Origin: Octopus vulgaris | Lineage: Eukaryota | Length of the DNA stretch: 64,000 nucleotides | NCBI GenBank assembly: GCA_951406725.2 | Contig: OX597830.1 | Coordinates: 36,456,001-36,520,000, forward strand | Direction: 5' to 3' | Part shown: positions 1 to 11,249 of the stretch, one piece after another | Layout: every line of letters starts with the position of its first letter | Numbering within the stretch: position 1 is the stretch's first letter | Notes under the pieces: model-generated | Seen by the model: only the letters and a program-made list of their open reading frames with translations | What the model was told of the DNA's origin: nothing | The model's database searches: none | Made by a program: the position numbers and the translations under genes

Positions 1-410
1 AATAAAATTGTTAGTATAGCTGGAGTTACTGGTGAGCGTGTTAAATATGGAGGGGAAAACGAAGGAGAATCGCTTGCTTACCCTTTGTAACATGATCTAT
101 GATGGAAAATACCAAGAAATTAGAAAACATTTGTCATTAAGAAAGTGTCAAAGAAATAAGGTCTCTTGGTGATTGTTCAAACGAGAAAGTAGCTTCTGTA
201 GTTATGGCGAACAGCGGGCTGCTTTCATTAATTGTTGTTAAACATAATGACGGAGACAACTGAAGCCATTTTAAGAGACTAACAATCTGGATTTTGTAGA
301 AATAATTCAAGCTGCACTAACACCATTTTTGCATCGGGACACACAATAATTGACAACACCATCAAATACAAGTCAACTGCAGACATTAATTTTATCACAG
401 AAGAATCTTA
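1..410 (+). mobile_element. Degenerate RTE-clade LINE reverse transcriptase fragment (inverted-duplicate copy of ~15350-15756)
   Basis: Frame 1 reads ...AGVTGERVKYGGE...KK*GLL...EAILRD*QSGFCRNNSSCTNTIF...IIDNTIKYK...INFI. This resembles RTE RT N-terminal motifs (ELLKYGG, LREEQAGFR..RSC.DQIF, INFIDF). Many stops. Confidence 0.55.
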
Positions 411-721
411 ACATTGCGAACCAAAAGTTAAGGTACAGAACATCGTTTATACTTTTGTTTAACCGTTTCCTTTGTTGTCTCTTCATCTAAATACTTTCTC
501 TCCATCCTGCTTAGCTTCTTGTTTGTACTTTCTTTTGTTCTTTCTTTATCTAGAGCGGAAAGTCTCTTGTTTTCTTCTCGATTCATGTATAACACAAATC
601 TTTTTTTTTTACCTTTCATCTTTTCGGGGTCAAAGAAATAAGTACCAGTGAAACACTGAGATTGATATTATTGACTATGCCCCTCCCCCAAATTTCAAGC
701 CTTGTGCCTATAGTGGAAAGG

Positions 722-808
<87 letters not shown>

Positions 809-810
809 TT

Positions 811-1865
811 CATATACACTCAACAGATTAGACTGTTGGAAAAGAAAAATTATCCTAACATCGACGACAAGATGCCAAAAACCCTTCTATATGGCTACAA
901 GTAACCTTAGATGCCTAGAACCCTCCTAAGTATCCTAGCTGTACCTAATAACACTGTTTTCTGGAGCTGTACTAAATTGGGTTTTATACCTATTTTCTGT
1001 CCATCTGTTCAGATCTTTAGGGATAGTTCCCAATGCACCTCTAACTACTGGGATACATTTTACCCGCACATTCCATAGTCTCTGTAATTCAATAGCTTGG
1101 TCCTGGTACTTTGCTATATTTTCTATACTTCTCATGTTAATGTTTTCATCATTTGGGACTGTAAAGTCAATTGTCTGGCACTTTCTATTCTCTTTATCTA
1201 CTACTACCAAATCAGGCCTTCTACCTTCTATTATTCTGTCAGTCTGAATGTTAAAGTCCCACGACATCTTATATTCCTTACTTTCTAGTATTTTACTCTG
1301 TTAATGTTCATACCATTTATCAGTATGATCAAATCCTAGCTTTCCAGGATTTGCACCCAGTGGATTCTTTCCCTAAGCTGTCATATAATTTTTGTATTCT
1401 TTCTGTGCCGGCAAGCTATATTCACTCACTATATGAGTAACACTTTCTTGTTTTGATTTGCATAACCTACATTGAGAATCTACTTGGTTTTTGTCTAGCA
1501 TGTCTATCTGATCCAATTAGTCCTTAATGCTTGATTTTATACAGCTATTAACAAATTTTCTGTCTCCCTTGTCAGCTTTCCTTTCTGCAACCATAACCAG
1601 GTCTCACTACTACTATCTGCTGCAACTATCCCTTTTACGATCCCTTTTGATCGAAAACTTATCCCACTGTTTTTTTTTCTTCTCAAAAAAAGAAAAGCTC
1701 TACTTTGTAATCTGTCCCGCCTGTGTGCAGCCCTATGTGGCTAATAAAGAAACATATATTTGGGAATCTACCATGCAAGGCCTTCTCCAGCCAGTAAGAT
1801 AATTTCTGTTCTTTTTTCTGGTTCTAAACTTCGTTTCGGTTTGGGTTTTTGGTTTCCCTATTCTT
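811..1865 (-). mobile_element. 3' part of R4/Dong-like RLE LINE (inverted-duplicate copy of 12012-13080)
   Basis: ORF 935-1267(-) has RRPDLV..IDFTVP..KY..AIEL, restriction-like endonuclease motifs. It is the near-identical reverse complement of 12012-13080 and abuts (ATT)n at 722-806. Confidence 0.85.
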
Positions 1866-2049
1866 TGGGTAAAAATTTTGGGTAAAATTTTCGAAGAATT
1901 TTTGGGTAAAATTTTTGGTGAAAATTTTCGAAAAATTTTGGGGTAAAATTTTCGAAGTTGTGTGTGTGAGAGTCTGTCTCCTCCGATTTAGATTCCTAAC
2001 TACTCCCACATTTTGCGGTGCAGTTTAACCAAAAGCAGGTATCAAACAA

Positions 2050-3555
2050 CAAACCAGCCGACCCACGACCAACAGACCAACCAACCAACCAGTCGACATA
2101 CCGACCAACCGACCAACCAGCCGACCGGCCGAACCACGGACCAACCAACAAGCCAACCAACCGACAAACCAACCAACCAGCCGACCCACCAACCAACCAG
2201 CCAACCAACCGACCAACCAGCCAACCAACAAACCAAACAACCAGCCAGCCGACCCACGACCAACAGACCAACCAACCAACCAGGCGACATACCGACCAAC
2301 CGACCAACCAGCCGACTGGCCGAACCACGGACCAACCAACCAGCCAACCAACCGACCAACCAACCAAATGAACCTCCAACAAACCAACCAACCAACCAGC
2401 AAACCAGCAAACCAACTGACAAACCAACCAACCAGGCAACCAACCGACAAACCAACCAACCAAATGAACCTCCGACAAACCAACCAACCAACCAGCCAAC
2501 CAACCAGTCAACCAACCAGCAAACCAACCAACCAGTCGTCCCACGACCAACCGACCAACCAGCCTACCAGCCGATCCTCCGACAAACCAACCAACCAGGC
2601 AACCAACCGACCAACCAACCAACCAACCAACCGACAAACCAACCAGCCAGGCAACCAACCGACAAACCAACCAACCAGCCAACCAACCGACAAACCAACC
2701 AGCCAGCTGACCTATGACCAACCAACCAACCTGCCAACCAGACGACCCACCGACAAACCAACCAACAAACCAGCCGTCCCACGACCAACCGACCAACCAA
2801 CCAACACAACGACCCTCCGACAAACCACCCAACCAGCCAACCAACCGACAAACCAACCAACCAGCCAACCAACCGACAAACCAACCAACCAGGCAACCAA
2901 CCGACAAACCAACCAACCAGCCGTCCCACGACCAACCGACAAACCAACCAACCAGACGACCAACCGACAAACCAACCAACCAGACGACCCTCCGACAAAC
3001 CAACCAACCAGCCAACCAACCGACAAACCAACCAGCTAACCAACCGACCACCAACCAACCAACCAGCCAACCAACCAACCAGCCAGCCAGCCAGCTGACC
3101 TATGACCAACCGACCAACCTGCCAACCAGACGACCCACCGACAAACCAACCAGCAAGCCAACCAACCGACAAACCAACCAACCAGGCAACCAACCGGCAA
3201 ACCAACCAACCAGCCGTCCCACGACCAACCGACCAACCAACCAACCCACGACCCTCCGACAAACCAACCAACCAACCAACCAGCCAACCAACCGAGAAAC
3301 CAACCGACAAACCAACCAACCAGCCAACCAACCGACAAACCAACCAGCCAGCTGACCTATGACCAACCGACCAACCTGCCAAGCAGACGACCCACCGACA
3401 AACCAACCAACCAGACGACCCACCGACAAACCAACCAACCAACCAGACAACCAACCGACAAACCAACCAATCAGCCAACCAACCAACCGACGAACGAACC
3501 AATCAGCCGACCCACCCACCAACCGACCAACCAGCCAACCAGCCAACCAACCAAC
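2050..3555. repeat. Complex (CCAA)n-based satellite with higher-order units
   Basis: CCAA/CCGA/CCAG tetramers, with recurring longer motifs (gacccacgaccaacaga, gctgacctatgacc at ~2706/3093/3351, ccgtcccacga). The + strand is almost devoid of T. Confidence 0.95.
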
Positions 3556-3599
3556 ACTTCTGTTGGCTGTTATTTTTATACAAAGGTCACTGATTAAAA

Positions 3600-3975
3600 G
3601 GTGGGTTGGTCACGACTGGATGTCTTCGATTATAGACCTGTTCGATTAGGCTTTCGTGAAGGCTGGACGACAACAACAACAGTAGTAGGCTCTTTGTGAG
3701 CCTACTACTAATTCTATCGGCCTCTTTTGCCGAACCGCTAAGTGACGGGGACGTAAACACATCAACATCAGATGTTAAGCGATGGTGGTGGTGGTGGTGG
3801 TGGAGGCGGAGGACAAACACAGATACAACCACACACGCACGCACACACACACACATTTACGACAGACTCCTTTTAATTCCCGTCTACCAAATCCTCTCAG
3901 ATGGCTTTGGTCGGTCCCAGGCTATAGTAGAAGCCACTTTACCCAAGGTGCCACGCAGCGGGACTCAACCCGGAA
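3600..3975 (-). mobile_element. tRNA-derived SINE (CORE-like family B), degenerate
   Basis: Reverse complement of the family seen at 17140-17520, 18340-18670, 20240-20630 and 23390-23830. Confidence 0.7.
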
Positions 3976-4551
3976 CCCTTCACCCTCCAATACTCTTAGC
4001 GCTTCACATTCAATCATTCTGTCTCTGAACTTTTCTCCTTTAACATCTCAAACGCAAGATCTTTCCCCTGAAGGCAGAGGCTCGTCTCATCCTATGATGG
4101 AACCAAACTACAAATACTGTCGTGCACCGCGGAGCCACCAGAAACAGCTGTTGGATTTGTAATTCTTTTCCTTTACCCCTTTAATTTTCTATATCATTTG
4201 TACTCTGTGTAAGTTGGACTTTTTGTTTATATAAACATATATACATATTTTGTATTTAATGTACTTTATACATTCTTTTCTACTCTAGGCACAAGGCCCG
4301 AAATTTTGTGGGAGGGAGCCAGTCGATTAGATCGCCCCCAGTATAAAACTGGTACTTAATTTATCGACCCCGAAAGAATAAAAGGTAAAGTGGACCTCGG
4401 TGGAGTTTGAACTCAGAACGTAACGTTTCTGCCAGCTCGCCGCCTTTAATGTACTTTATATATTGATCTATCTAATTTGCTTATCCCTTCATTTACTTCT
4501 ATATGTGTGTGTATATATATATATATATATATGTTTGTGTGTATGTGCATG

Positions 4552-4618
<67 letters not shown>

Positions 4619-4785
4619 CCAGCCGAAATTGCAAAGATAATCGGAACTCGACTGAGGAAAGAAAACTCCGAATGCCCCTCCTAGTTTTCTTTGTATCGTC
4701 TATCTGAATGTTTTGTTGTCCCTTTTTTGTATCACCTAACTGTCTGGATGTTTTGCGTCATTTTGTTCTTGTCCCATTTTGTATT

Positions 4786-4883
<98 letters not shown>

Positions 4884-4925
4884 ACAAGTCAAAAATAGAA
4901 AATGCTAAAATAATTTTATAGTGAA

Positions 4926-4973
4926 CATTTCAGTACCGGTTTCGGTCATTTTGAGACCTTTTCAACTGTAACG
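4926..4973 (-). ncRNA. Minimal type I hammerhead ribozyme motif (U3-A8 core variant)
   Basis: Exact reverse complement of 5441-5488. Confidence 0.65.
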
Positions 4974-5440
4974 ATTAAATAATTAAATTTAGAAAAATTA
5001 GAAGAAAAGTTTTTTAAAAGAATATTTCTATAGTAGTGTTCAGATTTAAGTGGCATTCTGCCTTTCTCTGACTCCCTTGTTGCACTTGAGTGTTGGAGGT
5101 CGTTGTGAGTTCTTGGTAGGGTAGTAGAGGAAGAAGGCTGGTGAGGAAAGGGGTGGGAGAATCTGGGAGTGCCCTGATGGTCGTATTTTGAATGGTCAGT
5201 GGCGGCTGGCAGTCACTGACCATTCAAAATACGACCATCAGGGCACTCCCAGATTCTCCCACCCCCCTTTCCTCACCAGCCTTCTTCCTCTACTACCCTA
5301 CCAAGAACTCACAACGACCTCCAACACTCAAGTGCAAACAAGGGAGTCAGAGAAAGGCAGAATGCCACTTAAATCACTACTATAGAAATATTCTTTTAAA
5401 AAAACTTTTCTTCTAATTTTTCTAAATTTAATTATTTAAT

Positions 5441-5488
5441 CGTTACAGTTGAAAAGGTCTCAAAATGACCGAAACCGGTACTGAAATG
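5441..5488 (+). ncRNA. Minimal type I hammerhead ribozyme motif (U3-A8 core variant)
   Basis: cgttacag-UUGAAAA-ggtc(tcaaaat)gacc-GAAA-cc-GGUA-ctgaaatg. Stem I cgttacag/ctgaaatg, stem II ggtc/gacc, palindromic stem III ACCGGU, GUA cleavage triplet. Confidence 0.65.
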
Positions 5489-5570
5489 TTCACTATAAAA
5501 TTATTTTAGCATTTTCTATTTTTGACTTGTTTTTTCATATATATCAACTCGTGTGTTCCTTTTCACCCTT

Positions 5571-5676
<106 letters not shown>

Positions 5677-5989
5677 ACACATATATATATATATATATCA
5701 GAGGTGACTCCAGGTCATCAGCGTCGCTCGGGCTCATTACATAATTCCCCGTAAGACACCTGTATAAAAGAAGGTAAGAGGCGTAGTGCACACCGCAGAT
5801 TTATATGTGCACTGATAGTTTAGCAATAAGACAGAAATATAGTTTTAATATAAATATTACTTCATTTATACAAGAATTCCAGTCATCTTGGTTCTATGGC
5901 GAACTGGTGTAATATCCTTTCACGCAGCTCCTTGTTGCTGTCCAAGTCGTTCAAAATGCTTTTCTCGATGGAAATACGAGCCAGTGAAA

Positions 5990-6123
5990 GCAGTCGTTCT
6001 TAGGCTATCGTGTCTTCTCAGATATGAGCGGATTTCATACAACGTTGAGAAACGTTTCTCATTCGCGACTGATGTTAAGGGGACGGTCAGCACTAGCTTA
6101 ATTAGTTTAATGGATTGCAGCAT
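5990..6123 (-). mobile_element. hAT transposase C-terminal dimerisation domain remnant
   Basis: IKLIKLVLTVPLTSVANEKRFSTLYEIRSYLRR resembles the hATC motif L.LTIP.TT.S.ERSFS.L..IK.YLRS. Confidence 0.75.
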
Positions 6124-6279
6124 AGCGGAACCAGCTCCAATTTATACAGTAATTCTAAAAAGTTAATTGACTTGTACTTTTTGAAATCTCTGTCAATATT
6201 ACATATATTTTAGCTCATTCACTAAGCTCTTACAGTCAAAAATACAGAGAAACTAGTTTTCTAGAGCGTCACTATGTTG

Positions 6280-6337
<58 letters not shown>

Positions 6338-7086
6338 AATATGTAATAATAATAATATTAGGGAATAAATCCAAACTTACAGGGAAAAATTAGATTTAGG
6401 ATTAAATCCAATTTTATAGTATAAATATATTATATTATATTAAATTAGAGATAAAACCACCATTAGGCAAATCAAACAGTGAAAACATAAGCCAATACAT
6501 AAAATTAATTTATATAATTAAATAATTAAATAATTTTTTAATTTTTTAATTTTATATTTTTAAATTAAGTTTATGTATTGGCTTATGTTTTTCACTGTTT
6601 GATTTCTCTAATTTAATATGATATATATATATATGTATATAACCTGTACCCCGGTATAGGATTTACTTCACCTTCATAAAAGATAACTTACAGTGAATAC
6701 CGATCAGCTTCATTGAAATATGTCAGTCTTATCATTGATATTTGACTCAGTTCTCAATACTTAATACGACATCGAAGCCTTGTAGTATAAATTGGTATCG
6801 TGGATAACGGCGACCAATAAAGCTTGGAAACCGCACAAATTTCTATGATAAAACATTGGGAGAAGACTTGACACTTATTTGTGTTTAAGAAAACGGAAAT
6901 ATTATTTAATTTGTATTATTTTATTTTGTTTTAGAATTTCATTTTATTTTAGTTTATTATACTTTGTTTCATGGATTTTAATCAGGATATTTTCGTGAAA
7001 GATCGGAAGATTAAAGTTGTTAATTTTTGTGCTGAAGAGTACACGAACAATATTATATATATATATAGATATACATATACATATAC

Positions 7087-7213
<127 letters not shown>

Positions 7214-7317
7214 CCGGAGTAAACACATAAATGTGAAACAAGGTGGAAAAAAGAGTACTCAAATACCAGTGGTAGAGTAATATGCTTTATTTAAAGCAGC
7301 AGAAAATTCAACAAAAC

Positions 7318-7355
7318 CTGTTACTCTGAGTTTCCCGTTGCCGTTCATCGGACAC
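7318..7355 (-). ncRNA. Degenerate hammerhead motif in a Penelope-like 3' fragment (7213-7365)
   Basis: Minus strand: tgt-CCGAUGA-acg(gcaa)cgg-GAAA-ctcaga-GUA-aca. U4C change in the core and one stem II mismatch. Adjacent to (TA)n. Confidence 0.45.
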
Positions 7356-7484
7356 TTTTTGCTAGAATGGAACCGATATGTCAATTCTATATATATTTAT
7401 ATATATATTGCAGCGTGGAAGGTGTTTGTAAGACATTTAAGAAACACACAAAGCCGTTCGATTCACTTCAACATTTAAGTTTAA

Positions 7485-7535
7485 TTTGTCAAAATATTTT
7501 CGTCGCTTTAAGACCGCGACCTGTTCACTGACAAA
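7485..7535 (-). ncRNA. Minimal type I hammerhead ribozyme motif (G3-C8 core variant)
   Basis: Minus strand: tttgtca-GUGAACA-g-gtcgc(ggtcttaaa)gcgac-GAA-AAUAUU-U-tgacaaa. Perfect 7-bp stem I, 5-bp stem II and palindromic stem III. It sits inside inverted repeats 7407-7452/7652-7697. Confidence 0.6.
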
Positions 7536-7819
7536 AATCCGTGCTGCATCTGAGAAAGTAACTGTTAGTTCGTTATATATATGTACGTATGTATGTGTGT
7601 ATGTATGTATGCACGCATGTATGCATGCATGCATATATGCATGTATGTACATTTGTGTGTTTCTTAAATGGTTTACAAACACCTTCCACGCTGCAATTGT
7701 AAGAAAGATTACTCTTACAGAATATATCTGAGTTATCTTTCTTGTTTTGTCTTGTAAAGTAGTCAAGTACATATATCGTACAAAGCAGACGTACTGAAAG
7801 ACAAATATATGTGGACTCT

Positions 7820-8005
7820 TTGTTTCTTTCTTTCTTTCTTTCTATCTATCTTTCTTTCTTTCTTTTCTTTCCTTCTTTCTTTCTTTCTTTCTTTCTATCT
7901 ATCTTTCTTTCTTTCTTTCTTTTTCTATCTTTCTTTCTTTCTTTTCTTTCCTTCTTTCTTTCTTTCTTTCTTTTCTTTCCTTCTTTCTTTCTTTCTTTTC
8001 TTTGT
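7820..8005. repeat. (CTTT)n pyrimidine microsatellite
   Basis: Directly visible. Confidence 0.95.
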
Positions 8006-8389
8006 TTCTCTATCCCCACCCCCCTCTGTTGTTCTATCACTTTATCTCGCTGTGTTTCATTTCTCGTTCTGCAACATAACGCTAGTGTATGTATACAGAG
8101 GCAATGTGGTTTCACTCATAAGAAGTTTGAAAATGCCACTATATAAGATTAATTTTAATTTTCTTAGAAATTTTACATGTTTCAGTTCTTGAAAAAACGA
8201 ACCTTATCAAAAATATTCTTAAAAGTTAAGTGTAATAAAAAAGTTCATAATTGTTTCTTACTAGTCTCAACAGAGTCCACGTTGTGGTGTTTTGTGGGGG
8301 AGAGCATAATAGCTGTCTTGTGTGTTGACTAGATTCGTTGGCTGTAATTGTGGAAATTACCACCGGCCGAAATAGCAGTAGCAGTAGTT

Positions 8390-9531
8390 TGACCCCAGTA
8401 CGCAACTGGTACTTAATTTATCGACTCGAAAAGATGAAAGACGAAAGTCGACCTCGGCGGAATTTGAACTCAGAACGTAAAGACAGTCAAAATACCGCTA
8501 AGTATTTCGCCCGGCACGCTAATGTTTATTATTTCTTTATTGCCCACAAGGGGCTAAACATAGAGGAGACAAACAAAGACAGACAAAGGAATTGAGTCGA
8601 TTACATCGACCCCAGTGCGTAACTGGTACTTAATTTATCGACCTCGAAAGGATGAAAGGCAAAGTCGACCTCGGCGGAATTTGAACTCAGAACGTAACGG
8701 CAGGTGAAATACTGCTAAGCATTTCAGCCAGCGTGCTAACGTTCCTGCCAGGTCACCACCTTGAAATAGGAACGAGAAACATTCTTCTCTACTCTAGGCA
8801 CAAGGGGGGCAGTCGATTAGATCGACCTCCGTACACAACTGGTACTTAATTTATCGACCCCGAAAGGATGAAAGGCAAAGTCGACCTCGGTGGAATTTGA
8901 AATCACAACGTAACGGCAGATGAAATACCTATTTCTTCACTGCCCACATGGGGCTACACACAGAGGGGACAAACAAGGACAGACAAAGGGATTAAGTCGA
9001 TTACATCGACCCCAGTGCGTAACTGGTACTTAATGTATCGACCCTGAAAGAATGAAAGGCAAAGTCGACCTCGGCGGAATTTGAACTCAGAACGTAACGG
9101 CAGACGAAATACCTATTTCTTTACTGCCCACATGGGGCTAAACACAGAGAGGACAAACAAGGACAGACAAACGGATTAAGTCGATTACATCGACCCCAGT
9201 GCGTAATTGGTACTTATTTAATCGATCCCAAAAGGATGAAAGGCAAAGTCGACCTTGGCGGAATTTAAACTCAGAACGTAACGGCAGACGAAATACGGCT
9301 ACACGTTTCGCCCGGCGTGCTAACGTTTCTGCCAGCTCGCCGCCTTGAAATAGGAACGAGAAACATATTCTTCTCTACTCTAGGCACAAGGTACTTAATT
9401 TATCGATCTCGAAAGGATGAAAGGCAAATGCAAAGTCGACCTCGGCGGAATTTGAACTCAGAACATAAAGACAAACGAAATATTGCTACGCATTTCGCCC
9501 GGCACGCTAAAGTTTCTGCCAGCTCGCCACT
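8390..9531 (-). mobile_element. Tandem/nested cluster of tRNA-derived SINE family A (GGCGGCGAGCTGGCAG head)
   Basis: About six repeats of ...gaccccagtgcgtaactggtacttaatttatcgaccccgaaaggatgaaaggcaaagtcgacctcggcggaatttgaactcagaacg.... Confidence 0.9.
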
Positions 9532-10180
9532 TTAATTTATTTCCTTTGTTTACCCAGTGATGTGCGTGTATACGTAAACCGCAGTTTTGCAGTTTTGTGG
9601 CTTTCTTTAGTATATCCAAGACACACAGAATGCTATTTTGGACCACTACTTCTTCCATCACAAATAACGAATCTCTACCCGGCTGTTTGCGACACCAGTG
9701 ATTTGCTAATTACCATTTCTTCTTATTCCATAGCAGTAGAGACTGAATTCGTCTAAGCATGCAGTTGCTAGTGGATATTGGTTTCTGATGACGCTCAAAG
9801 AAGTAGGGATCTAGATTTAGGAATTCCGCCGCCGTTGCCTGACGCTTTTCGTTTGCTGATAGTAATATGCTCCTGAGTTTTTAGCACTATACACAGCGCT
9901 GGATTAACCATTAATGAAATTAAGCATGCGCTTAGAGCATCAAGGGAAGGAGGGGGCGCATCAGAGAGATAGTAAATGGTTTACGGCACAAAAAGAAATC
10001 ACTTTAAACTTGCTGAAATATTATTCGAAGTGATTTATGTGACCAGAAACATAATTTTGAAGTGTTCGTGGTGTAATACTGAAAATCCGATCAAAGTGGA
10101 GGTATACAAAACTAAACCATTATTTTCCATCTTACTGTTTGCTTTGTTTCATTTTGAAAATAAAAATCTGTTTAATGGTT

Positions 10181-10235
<55 letters not shown>

Positions 10236-10385
10236 TATGTATCACATATATATACAAGGACATATATGAACGTACATATATATAAATATACGTACATACA
10301 CATATACATACATACATACGCACACGCACATACGTACAAACACACATATACGTATATTGTAAGAGCTGCTTTTAACTCCCGACAG

Positions 10386-10616
10386 GGCGGCGAGCTGGCA
10401 GAATCGTTAGCACGCCGGGCGAAATGCGTAGCCGTATTTCGTCTGCCGTTACGTTCTGAGTTCAAATTCCGCCGAGGTTGACTTTGCCTTTCATCCTTTC
10501 GGGGTCGATAAATTAAGTACCAGTTACGCACTGGGGATCGATGTAATCGACTTAATCCGTTTGTCTGTCCTTGTTTGTCCCCTCTCTGTAGCCCCTTGTG
10601 GGTAGTAAAGAAATAA
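10386..10616 (+). mobile_element. Full-length SINE family A copy
   Basis: A-box-like tggcagaatcgttagc, B-box gagttcaaattcc, core gttgactttgcctttcatcctttcggggtcgataaattaagtaccag. Confidence 0.9.
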
Positions 10617-10703
10617 GGAGTGAAACTATATTGCCTCTAATATACACTAGTGCTATGTTGCAGAACGAGAATAAGTGATAGAACAATATAAAGTAAGATA
10701 AAT

Positions 10704-10763
<60 letters not shown>

Positions 10764-11249
10764 CGCGTATATTTGTCTTTCAGTACGTCTGCTTTGTACA
10801 ATATATGTACTTGACTACTTTTACAAGACGAAACAAGAAAGATAACTCACATATATTCTGCAGGAGTAATCTTTCTTAGTTGTATCCTTTAATCCGTTAT
10901 TTTTCATTTTACTTATTTTACCAAGTTCACTCGTATAGGTTCTCGATATGAGATTTTTTTTTTCGTTCTCGAGATCACATTAGGTTTGAACAAGGCATAT
11001 ACATCGCATCACCACACTTACGCTCCTTTGAAATGCAGGCATACATCAACATGCGTCGTCTTTCCTTACGTCTTTTACGATTTTACATTGATTTTTTTTA
11101 ATAGAAATTAATGGAGAAATTAATGGAGAAAAGATCAATCTTTGCCTCAGTCAACTTATCCTTCTTTACGTTTCTCTCAGTAATTATATTTAAAAGTATA
11201 AAGAAATTACCCTAATTACTCATTCCATAAACACACTTGTATTTAGTTT

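Noticed and set aside
2050-3555. CRISPR-like or telomeric array
   Set aside because: No constant repeat with unique spacers, eukaryotic context, and the unit is not TTAGGG.
1996-3649. Many long overlapping ORFs (up to 360 aa; TNQP or VGWL repeats)
   Set aside because: Artefact of the CCAA satellite, whose base composition rarely produces stops in any frame; no domain or splice support.
5014-5416. Mirror ORFs on both strands (TIQNTTIRALPDSP...)
   Set aside because: They are a consequence of the palindrome; frames differ between arms through indels and no protein motif is recognisable.
10386-10480. tRNA gene
   Set aside because: The A/B boxes belong to a multi-copy SINE head; no complete cloverleaf.
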